DNA of 64,000 nt from Eledone cirrhosa (Eukaryota). A program made the position numbers and the translations under genes. The notes beneath the pieces are model-generated. The model was not told the origin of the DNA, searched no databases, and saw only the letters and a program-made list of their open reading frames with translations. Positions 13,101 through 29,800 of the stretch are shown here, piece after piece; within the stretch, counting starts at the first letter, position 1; each line of letters starts with the position of its first letter. The stretch is from contig OZ024742.1 of assembly GCA_964016885.1 (NCBI GenBank), forward strand, positions 365,676,001 through 365,740,000. Reading direction: 5' to 3'.

Positions 13101-16100
13101 CAGAAAACTATATTCCATATATTGTTGTCAGAAAACTATATTCCATATATTGTTGTCAGTAAACTATATTCCATATATTGTCAGAAAACTATATTCCATA
13201 TATTGTTGTCAGAAAACTATATGCCATATATTGTCAGAAAACTATGTTCCATATATTGTCAGAAAAATATATTCCATATATTGTTATCAGAAAACTATAT
13301 TCCATATATTGTCAGAAAACTATATTCCATATATTGTCAGAAAACTATATTCCATATATTGTCAGAAAACTATATTCCATATATTGTTATCAGAAAACTA
13401 TATTCCATATATTGTCAGAAAACTATATTCCATATATTGTTGTCAGAAAACTATATTTCATATAGTGTCAGAAAACTATATTCCATATATTGTCAGAAAA
13501 CTATATTCCATATATTGTTGTCAGAAAACTATATTCCATATATTGTTGTCAGAAAACTATATTCCATATATTGTCAGAAAACTATATTCCATATATTGTT
13601 GTCAGTAAACTATATTCCATATATTGTCAGAAAACTATATTCCATATATTGTTGTCAGAAAACTATATTCCATATATTGTCAGAAAACTATATTCCATAT
13701 ATTGTTGTCAGAAAACTATATTCCATATATTGTTGTCAGAAAAATATATTCCATATATTGTCAGAAAACTATATTCCATATATTGTTGTCAGAAAACTAT
13801 ATTCCATATATTGTCAGAAAACTATATTCCATATATTGTTGTCAGAAAACTATATTCCATATATTGTTGTCAGAAAACTATATTCCATATATTGTTGTCA
13901 GTAAACTATATTCCATATATTGTTGTCAGTAAACTATATTCCATATATTGTCAGAAAACTATATTCCATATATTGTTGTCAGAAAACTATATGCCATATA
14001 TTGTTGTCAGTAAACTATATTCCATATATTGTCAGAAAACTATATTCCATATATTGTTGTCAGAAAACTATATTCCATATATTGTCAGAAAACTATATTC
14101 CATATATTGTTGTCAGAAAACTATATTCCATATATTGTCAGAAAACTATATTCCATATATTGTTGTCAGAAAACTATATTCCATATATTGTTGTCAGAAA
14201 ACTATATTCCATATATTGTTGTCAGTAAACTATATTCCATATATTGTTGTCAGTAAACTATATTCCATATATTGTCAGAAAACTATATTCCATATATTGT
14301 TGTCAGAAAACTATATTCCATATATTGTCAGAAAACTATATTCCATATATTGTTGTCAGAAAACTATATTCCATATATTGTTGTCAGAAAACTATATTCC
14401 ATATATTGTTGTCAGTAAACTATATTCCATATATTGTCAGAAAACTATATTCCATATATTGTTGTCAGAAAACTATATTCCATATATTGTCAGAAAACTA
14501 TATTCCATATATTGTCAGAAAAATATATTCCATATATTGTTATCAGAAAACTATATTCCATATATTGTCAGAAAACTATATTCCATATATTGTCAGAAAA
14601 CTATATTCCATATATTGTCAGAAAACTATATTCCATATATTGTTATCAGAAAACTATATTCCATATATTGTCAGAAAACTATATTCCATATATTGTTGTC
14701 AGAAAACTATATTTCATATAGTGTCAGAAAACTCTATTCCATATATTGTCAGAAAACTATATTCCATATATTGTTGTCAAAAAACTATATTCCATATATT
14801 GTTGTCAGAAAACTATATTCCATATATTGTCAGAAAACTATTTTCCATATATTGTCAGAAAACTATATTCCATATATTGTCAGAAAACTATATTCCATAT
14901 ATTGTTGTCAGAAAAATATATTCCATATATTGTCAGACAACTATATTCCATATATTGTTGTCAGTAAACTATATTCCATATATTGTTGTCAGAAAACTAT
15001 ATTCCATATATTGTTGTCAGAAAACTATATTCCATATATTGTCAGAAAAATATATTCTATATATTGTCAGAAAACTATATTCCATATATTGTCAGAAAAC
15101 TATATTCCATATATTGTTGTCAGTAAACTATATTCCATATATTGTTGTCAGAAAACTATATTCCATATATTGTTGTCAGTAAACTATATTCCATATATTG
15201 TCAGAAAACTATATTCCATATATTGTTGTCAGTAAACTATATTCCATATATTGTTGTCAGAAAACTATATTCCATATATTGTTGTCAGAAAACTATATTC
15301 CATATATTGTCAGAAAACTGTATTCCATATAATGTTGTCAGAAAACTATATTCCATATATTGTCAGACAACTATATTCCATATATTGTTGTCAGTAAACT
15401 ATATTCCATATATTGTTGTCAGAAAACTATATTCCATATATTGTTGTCAGAAAACTATATTCCATATATTGTCAGAAAAATATATTCTATATATTGTCAG
15501 AAAACTATATTCCATATATTGTTGTCAGTAAACTATATTCCATATATTGTTGTCAGAAAACTATATTCCATATATTGTTGTCAGTAAACTATATTCCATA
15601 TATTGTTGTCAGAAAACTATATTCCATATATTGTCAGAAAACTGTATTCCATATAATGTTGTCAGAAAACTATATTACATATATTGTCAGAAAACTATAT
15701 TCCATATATTGTTGTCAGTAAACTATATTCCATATATTGTTGTCAGAAAACTATATTCCATATATTGTTGTTAGAAAACTATATTCCATATATTATCAGA
15801 AAAATATATTCTATATATTGTCAGAAAACTATATTCCATATATTGTCAGAAAACTATATTCCATATATTGTTGTCAGTAAACTATATTCCATATATTGTT
15901 GTCAGAAAACTATATTCCATATATTGTTGTCAGAAAACTATATTCCATATATTGTTGTCAGTAAACTATATTCCATATATTGTCAGAAAACTATATTCCA
16001 CATATTGTTGTCAGTAAACTATATTCCATATATTGTCAGAAAACTATATTCCATATATTGTTGTCAGAAAACTATATTTCGTATAGTGTCAGAAAACTAT

Positions 16101-18299
16101 ATTCCATATATTGTCAGAAAACTATATTCCATATATTGTTGTCAGAAAACTATATTCCATATATTGTTGTCAGAAAACTATATTCCATATATTGTCAGAA
16201 AACTATATTCCATATATTGTCAGAAAACTATATTCCATATATTGTTATCAGAAAACTATATTCCATATATTGTCAGAAAACTATATTCCATATATTGTTG
16301 TCAGAAAACTATATTTCATATAGTGTCAGAAAACTATATTCCATATATTGTCAGAAAACTATATTCCATATATTGTTGTCAGAAAACTATATTCCATATA
16401 TTGTTGTCAGAAAACTATATTCCATAGATTGTCAGAAAACTATATTCCATATATTGTCAGAAAACTATATTCCATATATTGTTGTCAGTAAACTATATTC
16501 CATATATTGTCAGAAAACTATTTTCCATATATTGTTGTCAGAAAACTATATTCCATATATTGTCAGAAAACTATATTCCATATATTGTTGTCAGAAAACT
16601 ATATTCCATATATTGTTGTCAGAAAAATATATTCCATATATTGTTGTCAGAAAACTATATTCCATATATTGTCAGAAAACTATATTCCATATATTGTTGT
16701 CAGTAAACTATATTCCATATATTGTCAGAAAACTATATTCCATATATTGTTGTCAGAAAACTATATTCCATATATTGTCAGAAAACTATATTCCATATAT
16801 TGTCAGAAAACTATATTCCATATATTGTTGTCAGAAAACTATATTCCATATATTGTCAGAAAACTATATTCCATGTATTGTTGTCAGAAAACTATATTTC
16901 ATATATTGTCAGAAAACTATATTCCATATATTGTCAGAAAACTATATTCCATATATTGTTGTCAGTAAACTATATTCCATATATTGTCAGAAAACTATAT
17001 TCCATATATTGTTGTCAGAAAACTATATTCCATATATTGTCAGAAAACTATATTCCATATATTGTTGTGAGAAAACTATATTCCATATATTGTCAGAAAA
17101 CTATATTCCATATATTGTCAGGAAACTGTATTCCATATATTGTTGTCTGAAAACTATATTCCATATATTGTCAGACAACTATATTCCATATATTGTTGTC
17201 AGTAAACTATATTCCATATATTGTTGTCAGTAAACTATATTCCATATATTGTCAGAAAACTATATTCCATATATTGTTGTCAGAAAACTATATTCCATAT
17301 ATTGTCAGAAAACTATATTCCATATATTGTTGTCAGAAAACTATATTCCATATATTGTCAGAAAACTATATTCCATATATTGTTGTCAGAAAACTATATT
17401 CCATATATTGTTGTCAGAAAAGTATATTCCATATATTGTTGTCAGTAAACTATATTCCATATATTGTTGTCAGTAAACTATATTCCATATATTGTCAGAA
17501 AACTATATTCCATATATTGTTGTCAGAAAACTATATGCCATATATTGTTGTCAGTAAACTATATTCCATATATTGTCAGAAAACTATATTCCATATAATG
17601 TTGTCAGAAAACTATATTCCATATATTGTCAGAAAACTATATTCCATATATTGTTGTGAGAAAACTATATTCCATATATTGTCAGAAAACTATATTCCAT
17701 ATATTGTCAGGAAACTGTATTCCATATATTGTTGCCTGAAAACTATATTCCATATATTGTCAGACAACTATATTCCATATATTGTTGTCAGTAAACTATA
17801 TTCCATATATTGTTGTCAGTAAACTATATTCCATATATTGTCAGAAAACTATATTCCATATATTGTTGTCAGAAAACTATATTCCATATATTGTCAGAAA
17901 ACTATATTCCATATATTGTTGTCAGAAAACTATATTCCATATATTTCAGAAAACTATATTCCATATATTGTTGTTAGAAAACTATATTCCATATATTGTT
18001 GTCAGAAAAGTATATTCCATATATTGTTGTCAGTAAACTATATTCCATATATTGTTGTCAGTAAACTATATTCCATATATTGTCAGAAAACTATATTCCA
18101 TATATTGTTGTCAGAAAACTATATGCCATATATTGTTGTCAGTAAACTATATTCCATATATTGTCAGAAAACTATATTCCATATATTGTTGTCAGAAAAC
18201 TATATTCCATATATTGTCAGAAAACTATATTCCATATATTGTTGTCAGAAAACTATATTCCATATATTATCAGAAAACTATATTCCATATATTGTTGTC

Positions 18300-21200
18300 A
18301 GAAAACTATATTCCATATATTGTTGTCAGAAAACTATATTCCATATATTGTTGTCAGTAAACTATATTCCATATATTGTTGTCAGTAAACTATATTCCAT
18401 ATATTGTCAGAAAACTATATTCCATATATTGTTGTCAGAAAACTATATTCCATATATTGTCAGAAAACTATATTCCATATATTGTTGTCAGAAAACTATA
18501 TTCCATATATTGTTGTCAGAAAACTATATTCCATATATTGTTGTCAGTAAACTATATTCCATATATTGTCAGAAAACTATATTCCATATATTGTTGTCAG
18601 AAAACTATATGCCATATATTGTCAGAAAACTATGTTCCATATATTGTCAGAAAAATATATTCCATATATTGTTATCAGAAAACTATATTCCATATATTGT
18701 CAGAAAACTATATTCCATATATTGTCAGAAAACTATATTCCATATATTGTCAGAAAACTATATTCCATATATTGTTATCAGAAAACTATATACCATATAT
18801 TGTCAGAAAACTATATTCCATATATTGTTGTCAGAAAACTATATTTCATATAGTGTCAGAAAACTATATTCCATATATTGTCAGAAAACTATATTCCATA
18901 TATTGTTGTCAGAAAACTATATTCCATATATTGTTGTCAGAAAACTATATTCCATATATTGTCAGAAAACTATATTCCATATATTGTTGTCAGTAAACTA
19001 TATTCCATATATTGTCAGAAAACTATATTCCATATATTGTTGTCAGAAAACTATATTCCATATATTGTCAGAAAACTATATTCCATATATTCTTGTCAGA
19101 AAACTATATTCCATATATTGTTGTCAGAAAAATATATTCCATATATTGTCAGAAAACTATATTCCATATATTGTTGTCAGAAAACTATATTCCATATATT
19201 GTCAGAAAACTATATTCCATATATTGTTGTCAGAAAACTATATTCCATATATTGTTGTCAGAAAACTATATTCCATATATTGTTGTCAGTAAACTATATT
19301 CCATATATTGTTGTCAGTAAACTATATTCCATATATTGTCAGAAAACTATATTCCATATATTGTTGTCAGAAAACTATATGCCATATATTGTTGTCAGTA
19401 AACTATATTCCATATATTGTCAGAAAACTATATTCCATATATTGTTGTCAGAAAACTATATTCCATATATTGTCAGAAAACTATATTCCATATATTGTTG
19501 TCAGAAAACTATATTCCATATATTGTCAGAAAACTATATTCCATATATTGTTGTCAGAAAACTATATTCCATATATTGTTGTCAGAAAACTATATTCCAT
19601 ATATTGTTGTCAGTAAACTATATTCCATATATTGTTGTCAGTAAACTATATTCCATATATTGTCAGAAAACTATATTCCATATATTGTTGTCAGAAAACT
19701 ATATTCCATATATTGTCAGAAAACTATATTCCATATATTGTTGTCAGAAAACTATATTCCATATATTGTTGTCAGAAAACTATATTCCATATATTGTTGT
19801 CAGTAAACTATATTCCATATATTGTCAGAAAACTATATTCCATATATTGTTGTCAGAAAACTATATTCCATATATTGTCAGAAAACTATATTCCATATAT
19901 TGTCAGAAAAATATATTCCATATATTGTTATCAGAAAACTATATTCCATATATTGTCAGAAAACTATATTCCATATATTGTCAGAAAACTATATTCCATA
20001 TATTGTCAGAAAACTATATTCCATATATTGTTATCAGAAAACTATATTCCATATATTGTCAGAAAACTATATTCCATATATTGTTGTCAGAAAACTATAT
20101 TTCATATAGTGTCAGAAAACTATATTCCATATATTGTCAGAAAACTATATTCCATATATTGTTGTCAAAAAACTATATTCCATATATTGTTGTCAGAAAA
20201 CTATATTCCATATATTGTCAGAAAACTATATTCCATATATTGTTGTCAGTAAACTATATTCCATATATTGTCTGAAAACTATATTCCATATATTGTTGTC
20301 AGAAAACTATATTCCATATATTGTCAGAAAACTATATTCCATATATTGTTGTCAGAAAACTATATTCCATATATTGTTGTCAGAAAAATATATTCCATAT
20401 ATTGTTGTCAGAAAACTATATTCCATATATTGTCAGAAAACTATATTCCATATATTGTTGTCAGTAAACTATATTCCATATATTGTCAGAAAACTATATT
20501 CCATATATTGTCAGAAAACTATATTCCATATATTGTCAGAAAACTATATTCCATATATTGTTGTCAGAAAACTATATTTCATATATTGTCAGAAAACTAT
20601 ATTCCATATATTGTCAGAAAACTATATTCCATATATTGTTGTCAGTAAACTATATTCCATATATTGTCAGAAAACTATATACCATATATTGTTGTCAGAA
20701 AACTATATTCCATATATTGTCAGAAAACTATATTCCATATATTGTTGTCAGAAAACTATATTCCATATATTGTCAGAAAACTATATTTCATATATTGTCA
20801 GAAAACTGTATTCCATATATTGTTGTCTGAAAACTATATTCCATATATTGTCAGACAACTATATTCCATATATTGTTGTCAGTAAACTATATTTCATATA
20901 TTGTTGTCAGAAAACTATATTCCATATATTGTTGTCAGAAAACTATATTCCATATATTGTTGTCAGAAAACTATATTCCATATATTGTTGTCAGAAAACT
21001 ATATTCCATATATTGTCAGAAAACTATATTCCATATATTGTTGTCAGAAAACTATATTCCATATATTGTCAGAAAACTATATTCCACATATTGTTGTCAG
21101 TAAACTATATTCCATATATTGTCAGAAAACTATATTCCATATAATGTTGTCAGAAAACTATATTCCATATATTGTTGTCAGAAAACTATATTCCATATAT

Positions 21201-24200
21201 TGTTGTCAGAAAACTATATTCCATATATTGTTGTCAGAAAACTATATTCCATATATTGTTGTCAGTAAACTATATTCCATATATTGTTGTCAGTAAACTA
21301 TATTCCATATATTGTCAGAAAACTATATTCCATATATTGTTGTCAGAAAACTATATTCCATATATTGTCAGAAAACTATATTCCATATATTGTTGTCAGA
21401 AAACTATATTCCATATATTGTTGTCAGTAAACTATATTCCATATATTGTCAGAAAACTATATTCCATATATTGTTGTCAGAAAACTATATGCCATATATT
21501 GTCAGAAAACTATGTTCCATATATTGTCAGAAAAATATATTCCATATATTGTTATCAGAAAACTATATTCCATATATTGTCAGAAAACTATATTCCATAT
21601 ATTGTCAGAAAACTATATTCCATATATTGTCAGAAAACTATATTCCATATATTGTTATCAGAAAACTATATTCCATATATTGTCAGAAAACTATATTCCA
21701 TATATTGTTGTCAGAAAACTATATTTCATATAGTGTCAGAAAACTATATTCCATATATTGTCAGAAAACTATATTCCATATATTGTTGTCAGAAAACTAT
21801 ATTCCATATATTGTTGTCAGAAAACTATATTCCATATATTGTCAGAAAACTATATTCCATATATTGTTGTCAGTAAACTATATTCCATATATTGTCAGAA
21901 AACTATATTCCATATATTGTTGTCAGAAAACTATATTCCATATATTGTCAGAAAACTATATTCCATATATTGTTGTCAGAAAACTATATTCCATATATTG
22001 TTGTCAGAAAAATATATTCCATATATTGTCAGAAAACTATATTCCATATATTGTTGTCAGAAAACTATATTCCATATATTGTCAGAAAACTATATTCCAT
22101 ATATTGTTGTCAGAAAACTATATTCCATATATTGTTGTCAGAAAACTATATTCCATATATTGTTGTCAGTAAACTATATTCCATATATTGTTGTCAGTAA
22201 ACTATATTCCATATATTGTCAGAAAACTATATTCCATATATTGTTGTCAGAAAACTATATGCCATATATTGTTGTCAGTTAACTATATTCCATATATTGT
22301 CAGAAAACTATATTCCATATATTGTTGTCAGAAAACTATATTCCATATATTGTCAGAAAACTATATTCCATATATTGTTGTCAGAAAACTATATTCCATA
22401 TATTGTCAGAAAACTATATTCCATATATTGTTGTCAGAAAACTATATTCCATATATTGTTGTCAGAAAACTATATTCCATATATTGTTGTCAGTAAACTA
22501 TATTCCATATATTGTTGTCAGTAAACTATATTCCAGATATTGTCAGAAAACTATATTCCATATATTGTTGTCAGAAAACTATATTCCATATATTGTCAGA
22601 AAACTATATTCCATATATTGTTGTCAGAAAACTATATTCCATATATTGTTGTCAGAAAACTATATTCCATATATTGTTGTCAGTAAACTATATTCCATAT
22701 ATTGTCAGAAAACTATATTCCATATATTGTTGTCAGAAAACTATATTCCATATATTGTCAGAAAACTATATTCCATATATTGTCAGAAAAATATATTCCA
22801 TATATTGTTATCAGAAAACTATATTCCATATATTGTCAGAAAACTATATTCCATATATTGTCAGAAAACTATATTCCATATATTGTTAGAAAACTATATT
22901 CCATATATTGTTATCAGAAAACTATATTCCATATATTGTCAGAAAACTATATTCCATATATTGTTGTCAGAAAACTATATTTCATATAGTGTCAGAAAAC
23001 TATATTCCATATATTGTCAGAAAACTATATTCCATATATTGTTGTCAAAAAACTATATTCCATATATTGTTGTCAGAAAACTATATTTCATATAGTGTCA
23101 GAAAACTATATTCCATATATTGTCAGAAAACTATATTCCATATATTGTTGTCAGAAAACTATATTCCATATATTGTTGTCAGAAAACTATATTCCATATA
23201 TTGTCAGAAAACTATATTCCATATATTGTTGTCAGTAAACTATATTCCATATATTGTCAGAAAACTATATTCCATATATTGTTGTCAGAAAACTATATTC
23301 CATATATTGTCAGAAAACTATATTCCATATATTGTTGTCAGAAAACTATATTCCATATATTGTTGTCAGAAAAATATATTCCATATATTGTCAGAAAACT
23401 ATATTCCATATATTGTTGTCAGAAAACTATATTCCATATATTGTCAGAAAACTATATTCCATATATTGTTGTCAGAAAACTATATTCCATATATTGTTGT
23501 CAGAAAACTATATTCCATATATTGTTGTCAGTAAACTATATTCCATATATTGTTGTCAGTAAACTATATTCCATATATTGTCAGAAAACTATATTCCATA
23601 TATTGTTGTCAGAAAACTATATGCCATATATTGTTGTCACTAAACTATATTCCATATATTGTCAGAAAACTATATTCCATATATTGTTGTCAGAAAACTA
23701 TATTCCATATATTGTCAGAAAACTATATTCCATATATTGTTGTCAGAAAACTATATTCCATATATTGTCAGAAAACTATATTCCATATATTGTTGTCAGA
23801 AAACTATATTCCATATATTGTTGTCAGAAAACTATATTCCATATATTGTTGTCAGTAAACTATATTCCATATATTGTTGTCAGTAAACTATATTCCATAT
23901 ATTGTCAGAAAACTATATTCCATATATTGTTGTCAGAAAACTATATTCCATATATTGTCAGAAAACTATATTCCATATATTGTTGTCAGAAAACTATATT
24001 CCATATATTGTTGTCAGAAAACTATATTCCATATATTGTTGTCAGTAAACTATATTCCATATATTGTCAGAAAACTATATTCCATATATTGTTGTCAGAA
24101 AACTATATTCCATATATTGTCAGAAAACTATATTCCATATATTGTCAGAAAAATATATTCCATATATTGTTATCAGAAAACTATATTCCATATATTGTCA

Positions 24201-24620
24201 GAAAACTATATTCCATATATTGTCAGAAAACTATATTCCATATATTGTCAGAAAACTATATTCCATATATTGTTATCAGAAAACTATATTCCATATATTG
24301 TCAGAAAACTATATTCCATATATTGTTGTCAGAAAACTATATTTCATATAGTGTCAGAAAACTATATTCCATATATTGTCAGAAAACTATATTCCATATA
24401 TTGTTGTCAAAAAACTATATTCCATATATTGTTGTCAGAAAACTATATTCCATATATTGTCAGAAAACTATATTCCATATATTGTTGTCAGTAAACTATA
24501 TTCCATATATTGTCTGAAAACTATATTCCATATATTGTTGTCAGAAAACTATATTCCATATATTGTCAGAAAACTATATTCCATATATTGTTGTCAGAAA
24601 ACTATATTCCATATATTGTT
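18300..24620 (+). repeat. Run of diverged copies of a 1,256-bp higher-order repeat (about 47 monomers); the same unit is present at about 30-1900
   Basis: The +1256 offset is seen at 57/1313, 247/1503, 18376/19632, 18566/19822 and 21446/22702. The offset is +1362 (1256 plus a local 106-bp duplication) at 22702/24064 and +4242 at 18878/23120. 1256 = 20x25 + 27x28. Confidence 0.8.
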
Positions 24621-26881
24621 GTCAGAAAAATATATTTCATATATTGTTGTCAGAAAACTATATTCCATATATTGTCAGAAAACTATATTCCATATATTGT
24701 TGTCAGAAAACTATATTCCATATATTGTTGTCAGTAAACTATATTTCATATAGTGTCAGAAAACTATATTTCATATATTGTCAGAAAACTATATTCCATA
24801 TATTGTCAGAAAACTATATTCCATATATTGTTGTCAGTAAACTATATTCCATATATTGTCAGAAAACTATATACCATATATTGTTGTCAGAAAACTATAT
24901 TCCATATATTGTCAGAAAACTATATTCCATATATTGTTGTCAGAAAACTATATTCCATATATTGTCAGAAAACTATATTCCATATATTGTCAGAAAACTG
25001 TATTCCATATATTGTTGTCTGAAAACTATATTCCATATATTGTCAGACAACTATATTCCATATATTGTTGTCAGTAAACTATATTCCATATATTGTTGTC
25101 AGAAAACTATATTCCATATATTGTTGTCAGAAAACTATATTCCATATATTGTTGTCAGAAAACTATATTCCATATATTGTTGTCAGAAAACTATATTCCA
25201 TATATTGTCAGAAAACTATATTCCATATATTGTTGTCAGAAAACTATATTCCATATATTGTCAGAAAACTATATTCCACATATTGTTGTCAGTAAACTAT
25301 ATTCCATATATTGTCAGAAAACTATATTCCATATATTGTTGTCAGAAAACTATATTCCATATATTGTTGTCAGAAAACTATATTCCATATATTGTTGTCA
25401 GAAAACTATATTCCATATATTGTCAGAAAACTATATTCCATATATTGTCAGAAAACTATATTCCATATATTGTTATCAGAAAACTATATTCCATATATTG
25501 TCAGAAAACTATATTCCATATATTGTTGTCAGAAAACTATATTTCATATAGTGTCAGAAAACTATATTCCATATATTGTCAGAAAACTATATTCCATATA
25601 TTGTTGTCAGAAAACTATATTCCATATATTGTTGTCAGAAAACTATATTCCATATATTGTCAGAAAACTATATTCCATATATTGTTGTCAGTAAACTATA
25701 TTCCATATATTGTCAGAAAACTATATTCCATATATTGTCAGAAAACTATATTCCATATATTGTCAGAAAACTATATTCCATATATTGTCAGAAAACTATA
25801 TTCCATATATTGTTGTCAGAAAACTATATTCCATATATTGTCCAAAAACTATATTCCATATATTGTCAGAAAACTGTATTCCATATATTGTTGTCTGAAA
25901 ACTATATTCCATATATTGTCAGACAACTATATTCCATATATTGTTGTCAGTAAACTATATTCCATATATTGTTGCCAGAAAACTATATTCCATATATTGT
26001 TGTCAGAAAACTATATTCCATATATTGTCAGAAAAATATATTCCATATATTGTTGTCAGAAAACTATATTCCATATATTGTCAGAAAACTATATTCCATA
26101 TATTGTTGTCAGAAAACTATATTCCATATATTGTCAGAAAACTATATTCCATATATTGTTGTCAGAAAACTATATTCCATATATTGTCAGAAAACTATAT
26201 TCCATATATTGTTGTCAGAAAACTATATTCCATATATTGTCAGAAAACTATATTCCATATATTGTCAGAAAACTATATTCCATATATTGTCAAAAAACTA
26301 TATTCCATATATTGTCAGAAAACTATATTCCATATATTGTTGTCAGAAAACTATATTCCATATATTGTCAGAAAACTATATTCCATATATTGTCAGAAAA
26401 CTGTATTCCATATATTGTTGCCTGAAAACTATATTCCATATATTGTCAGACAACTATATTCCATATATTGTTGTCAGTAAACTATATTCCATATATTGTT
26501 GTCAGAAAACTATATTCCATATATTGTTGTCAGAAAACTATATTCCATATATTGTCAGAAAAATATATTCCAAATATTGTTGTCAGAAAACTATATTCCA
26601 TATATTGTCAGAAAACTATATTCCATATATTGTTGTCAGAAAACTATATTCCATATATTGTCAGAAAACTATATTCCATATATTGTTGTCAGAAAACTAT
26701 ATTCCATATATTGTCAGAAAACTATATTCCATATATTGTTGTCAGAAAACTATATTCCATATATTGTCAGAAAACTATATTCCATATATTGTTGTCAGAA
26801 AACTATATTCCATATATTGTCAGAAAACTATATTCCATATATTGTTGTCAGAAAACTATATTTCATATATTGTCAGAAATC

Positions 26882-29800
26882 TATATTCCATATATTGTCA
26901 GAAAACTATATTCCATATATTGTTGTCAGAAAACTATATTCCATATATGGTTGTCAGAGAACTATATTCCATATATTGTTGTCAGAAAACTATATTCCAT
27001 ATATTGTCAGAAAACTATATTCCATATATTGTTGTCAGTAAACTATATTCCATATATTGTCAGAAAACTATATACCATATATTGTTGTCAGAAAACTATA
27101 TTCCATATATTGTCAGAAAACTATATTCCATATATTGTTGTCAGAAAACTATATTCCATATATTGTCAGAAAACTATATTCCATATATTGTCAGAAAACT
27201 GTATTCCATATATTGTTGTCTGAAAACTATATTCCATATATTGTCAGACAACTATATTCCATATATTGTTGTCAGTAAACAATATTCCATATATTGTTGT
27301 CAGAAAACTATATTCCATATATTGTTGTCAGAAAACTATATTCCATATATTGTCAGAAAACTATATTCCATATATTGTTGTCAGAAAACTATATTCCATA
27401 TATTGTCAGAAAACTATATTCCATATATTGTTGTCAGTAAACTATATTCCATATATTGTCAGAAATCTATATTCCATATATTGTTGTCAGAAAACTATAT
27501 TCCATATATTGTTGTCAGAAAACTATATTCCATATATTGTTGTCAGAAAACTATATTCCATATATTGTTGTCAGAAAACTATATTCCATATATTGTCAGA
27601 AAACTATATTCCATATATTGTCACAAAACTATATTCCATATATTGTTGTCAGTAAACTATATTCCATATATTGTCAGAAAACTATATTCCATATATTGTC
27701 AGAAAACTATATTCCATATATTGTCAGAAAACTATATTCCATATATTGTCAGAAAACTATATTCCATATATTGTTGTCAGAAAACTATATTCCATATATT
27801 GTCAGAAAACTATATTCCATATATTGTCAGAAAACTATATTCCATATATTGTCAGAAAACTGTATTCCATATATTGTTGTCTGAAAACTATATTCCATAT
27901 ATTGTCAGACAACTATATTCCATATATTGTTGTCAGTAAACAATATTCCATATATTGTTGTCAGAAAACTATATTCCATATATTGTTGTCAGAAAACTAT
28001 ATTCCATATATTGTCAGAAAACTATATTCCATATATTGTTGTCAGAAAACTATATTCCATATATTGTCAGAAAACTATATTCCATATATTGTTGTCAGTA
28101 AACTATATTCCATATATTGTCAGAAATCTATATTCCATATATTGTTGTCAGAAAACTATATTCCATATATTGTTGTCAGAAAACTATATTCCATATATTG
28201 TTGTCAGAAAACTATATTCCATATATTGTTGTCAGAAAACTATATTCCATATATTGTCAGAAAACTATATTCCATATATTGTTGTCAGTAAACTATATTC
28301 CATATATTGTCAGAAAACTATATTCCATATATTGTCAGAAAACTATATTCCATATATTGTCAGAAAACTATATTCCATATATTGTCAGAAAACTATATTC
28401 CATATATTGTTGTCAGAAAACTATATTCCATATATTGTCAGAAAACTATATTCCATATATTGTCAGAAAACTGTATTCCATATATTGTTGTCTGAAAACT
28501 ATATTCCATATATTGTCAGACAACTATATTCCATATATTGTTGTCAGTAAACTATATTCCATATATTGTTGTCAGAAAACTATATTCCATATATTGTTGT
28601 CAGAAAACTATATTCCATATATTGTCAGAAAAATATATTCCAAATATTGTTGTCAGAAAACTATATTCCATATATTGTCAGAAAACTATATTCCATATAT
28701 TGTTGTCAGAAAACTATATTCCATATATTGTCAGAAAACTATATTCCATATATTGTTGTCAGAAAACTATATTCCATATATTGTCAGAAAACTATATTCC
28801 ATATATTGTTGTCAGAAAACTATATTCCATATATTGTCAGAAAACTATATTCCATATATTGTTGTCAGAAAACTATATTCCATATATTGTTGTCAGAAAA
28901 CTATATTCCATATATGGTTGTCAGAAAACTATATTCCATATATTGTCAGAAAACTATATTCCATATATTGTTGTCAGAAAACTATATTCCATATATGGTT
29001 GTCAGTAAACTATATTCCATATATTGTCAGAAAACTATATTCCATATATTGTTGTCAGAAAACTATATTCCATATATTGTTGTCAGAAAACTATATTCCA
29101 TATATTGTCAGAAAACTATATTCCATATATTGTTGTCAGTAAACTATATTCCATATATTGTCAGAAAACTATATACCATATATTGTTGTCAGAAAACTAT
29201 ATTCCATATATTGTCAGAAAACTATATTCCATATATTGTTGTCAGAAAACTATATTCCATATATTGTCAGAAAACTATATTCCATATATTGTCAGAAAAC
29301 TGTATTCCATATATTGTTGTCTGAAAACTATTTTCCATATATTGTCAGACAACTATATTCCATATATTGTTGTCAGTAAACTATATTCCATATATTGTTG
29401 TCAGAAAACTATATTCCATATATTGTTGTCAGAAAACTATATTCCATATATTGTTGTCAGAAAACTATATTCCATATATTGTCAGAAAAATATATTCCAT
29501 ATATTGTTGTCAGAAAACTATATTCCATATATTGTCAGAAAACTATATTCCATATATTGTTGTTAGAAAACTATATTCCATATATTGTCAGAAAACTATA
29601 TTCCATATATTGTCAGAAAACTATATTCCATATATTGTTGTCAGTAAACTATATTCCATATATTGTCAGAAAACTATATTCCATATATTGTCAGAAAACT
29701 ATATTCCATATATTGTCAGAAAACTATATTCCATATATTGTCAGAAAACTATATTCCATATATTGTTGTCAGAAAACTATATTCCATATATTGTCAGAAA

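Larger units (their letters stand above)
1..18252 (+). repeat. 9,995-bp period near-identical duplication (1-8257 matches 9996-18252)
   Basis: The ORF track repeats at +9995 (29/10024, 559/10554, 5985/15980, 7787/17782). Private variants are shared: CCATGTAT at 6880/16875 and the 24-bp monomer at 7928/17923. The match breaks at 8258 (GAAAAGT) versus 18253 (GAAAACT). Confidence 0.93.

Noticed and set aside
27276-27282. Forkhead-like GTAAACA site, plus TGTCA and TATA-like motifs in each monomer
   Set aside because: These are short motifs expected by chance in an AT-rich repeat, with no promoter or gene context.
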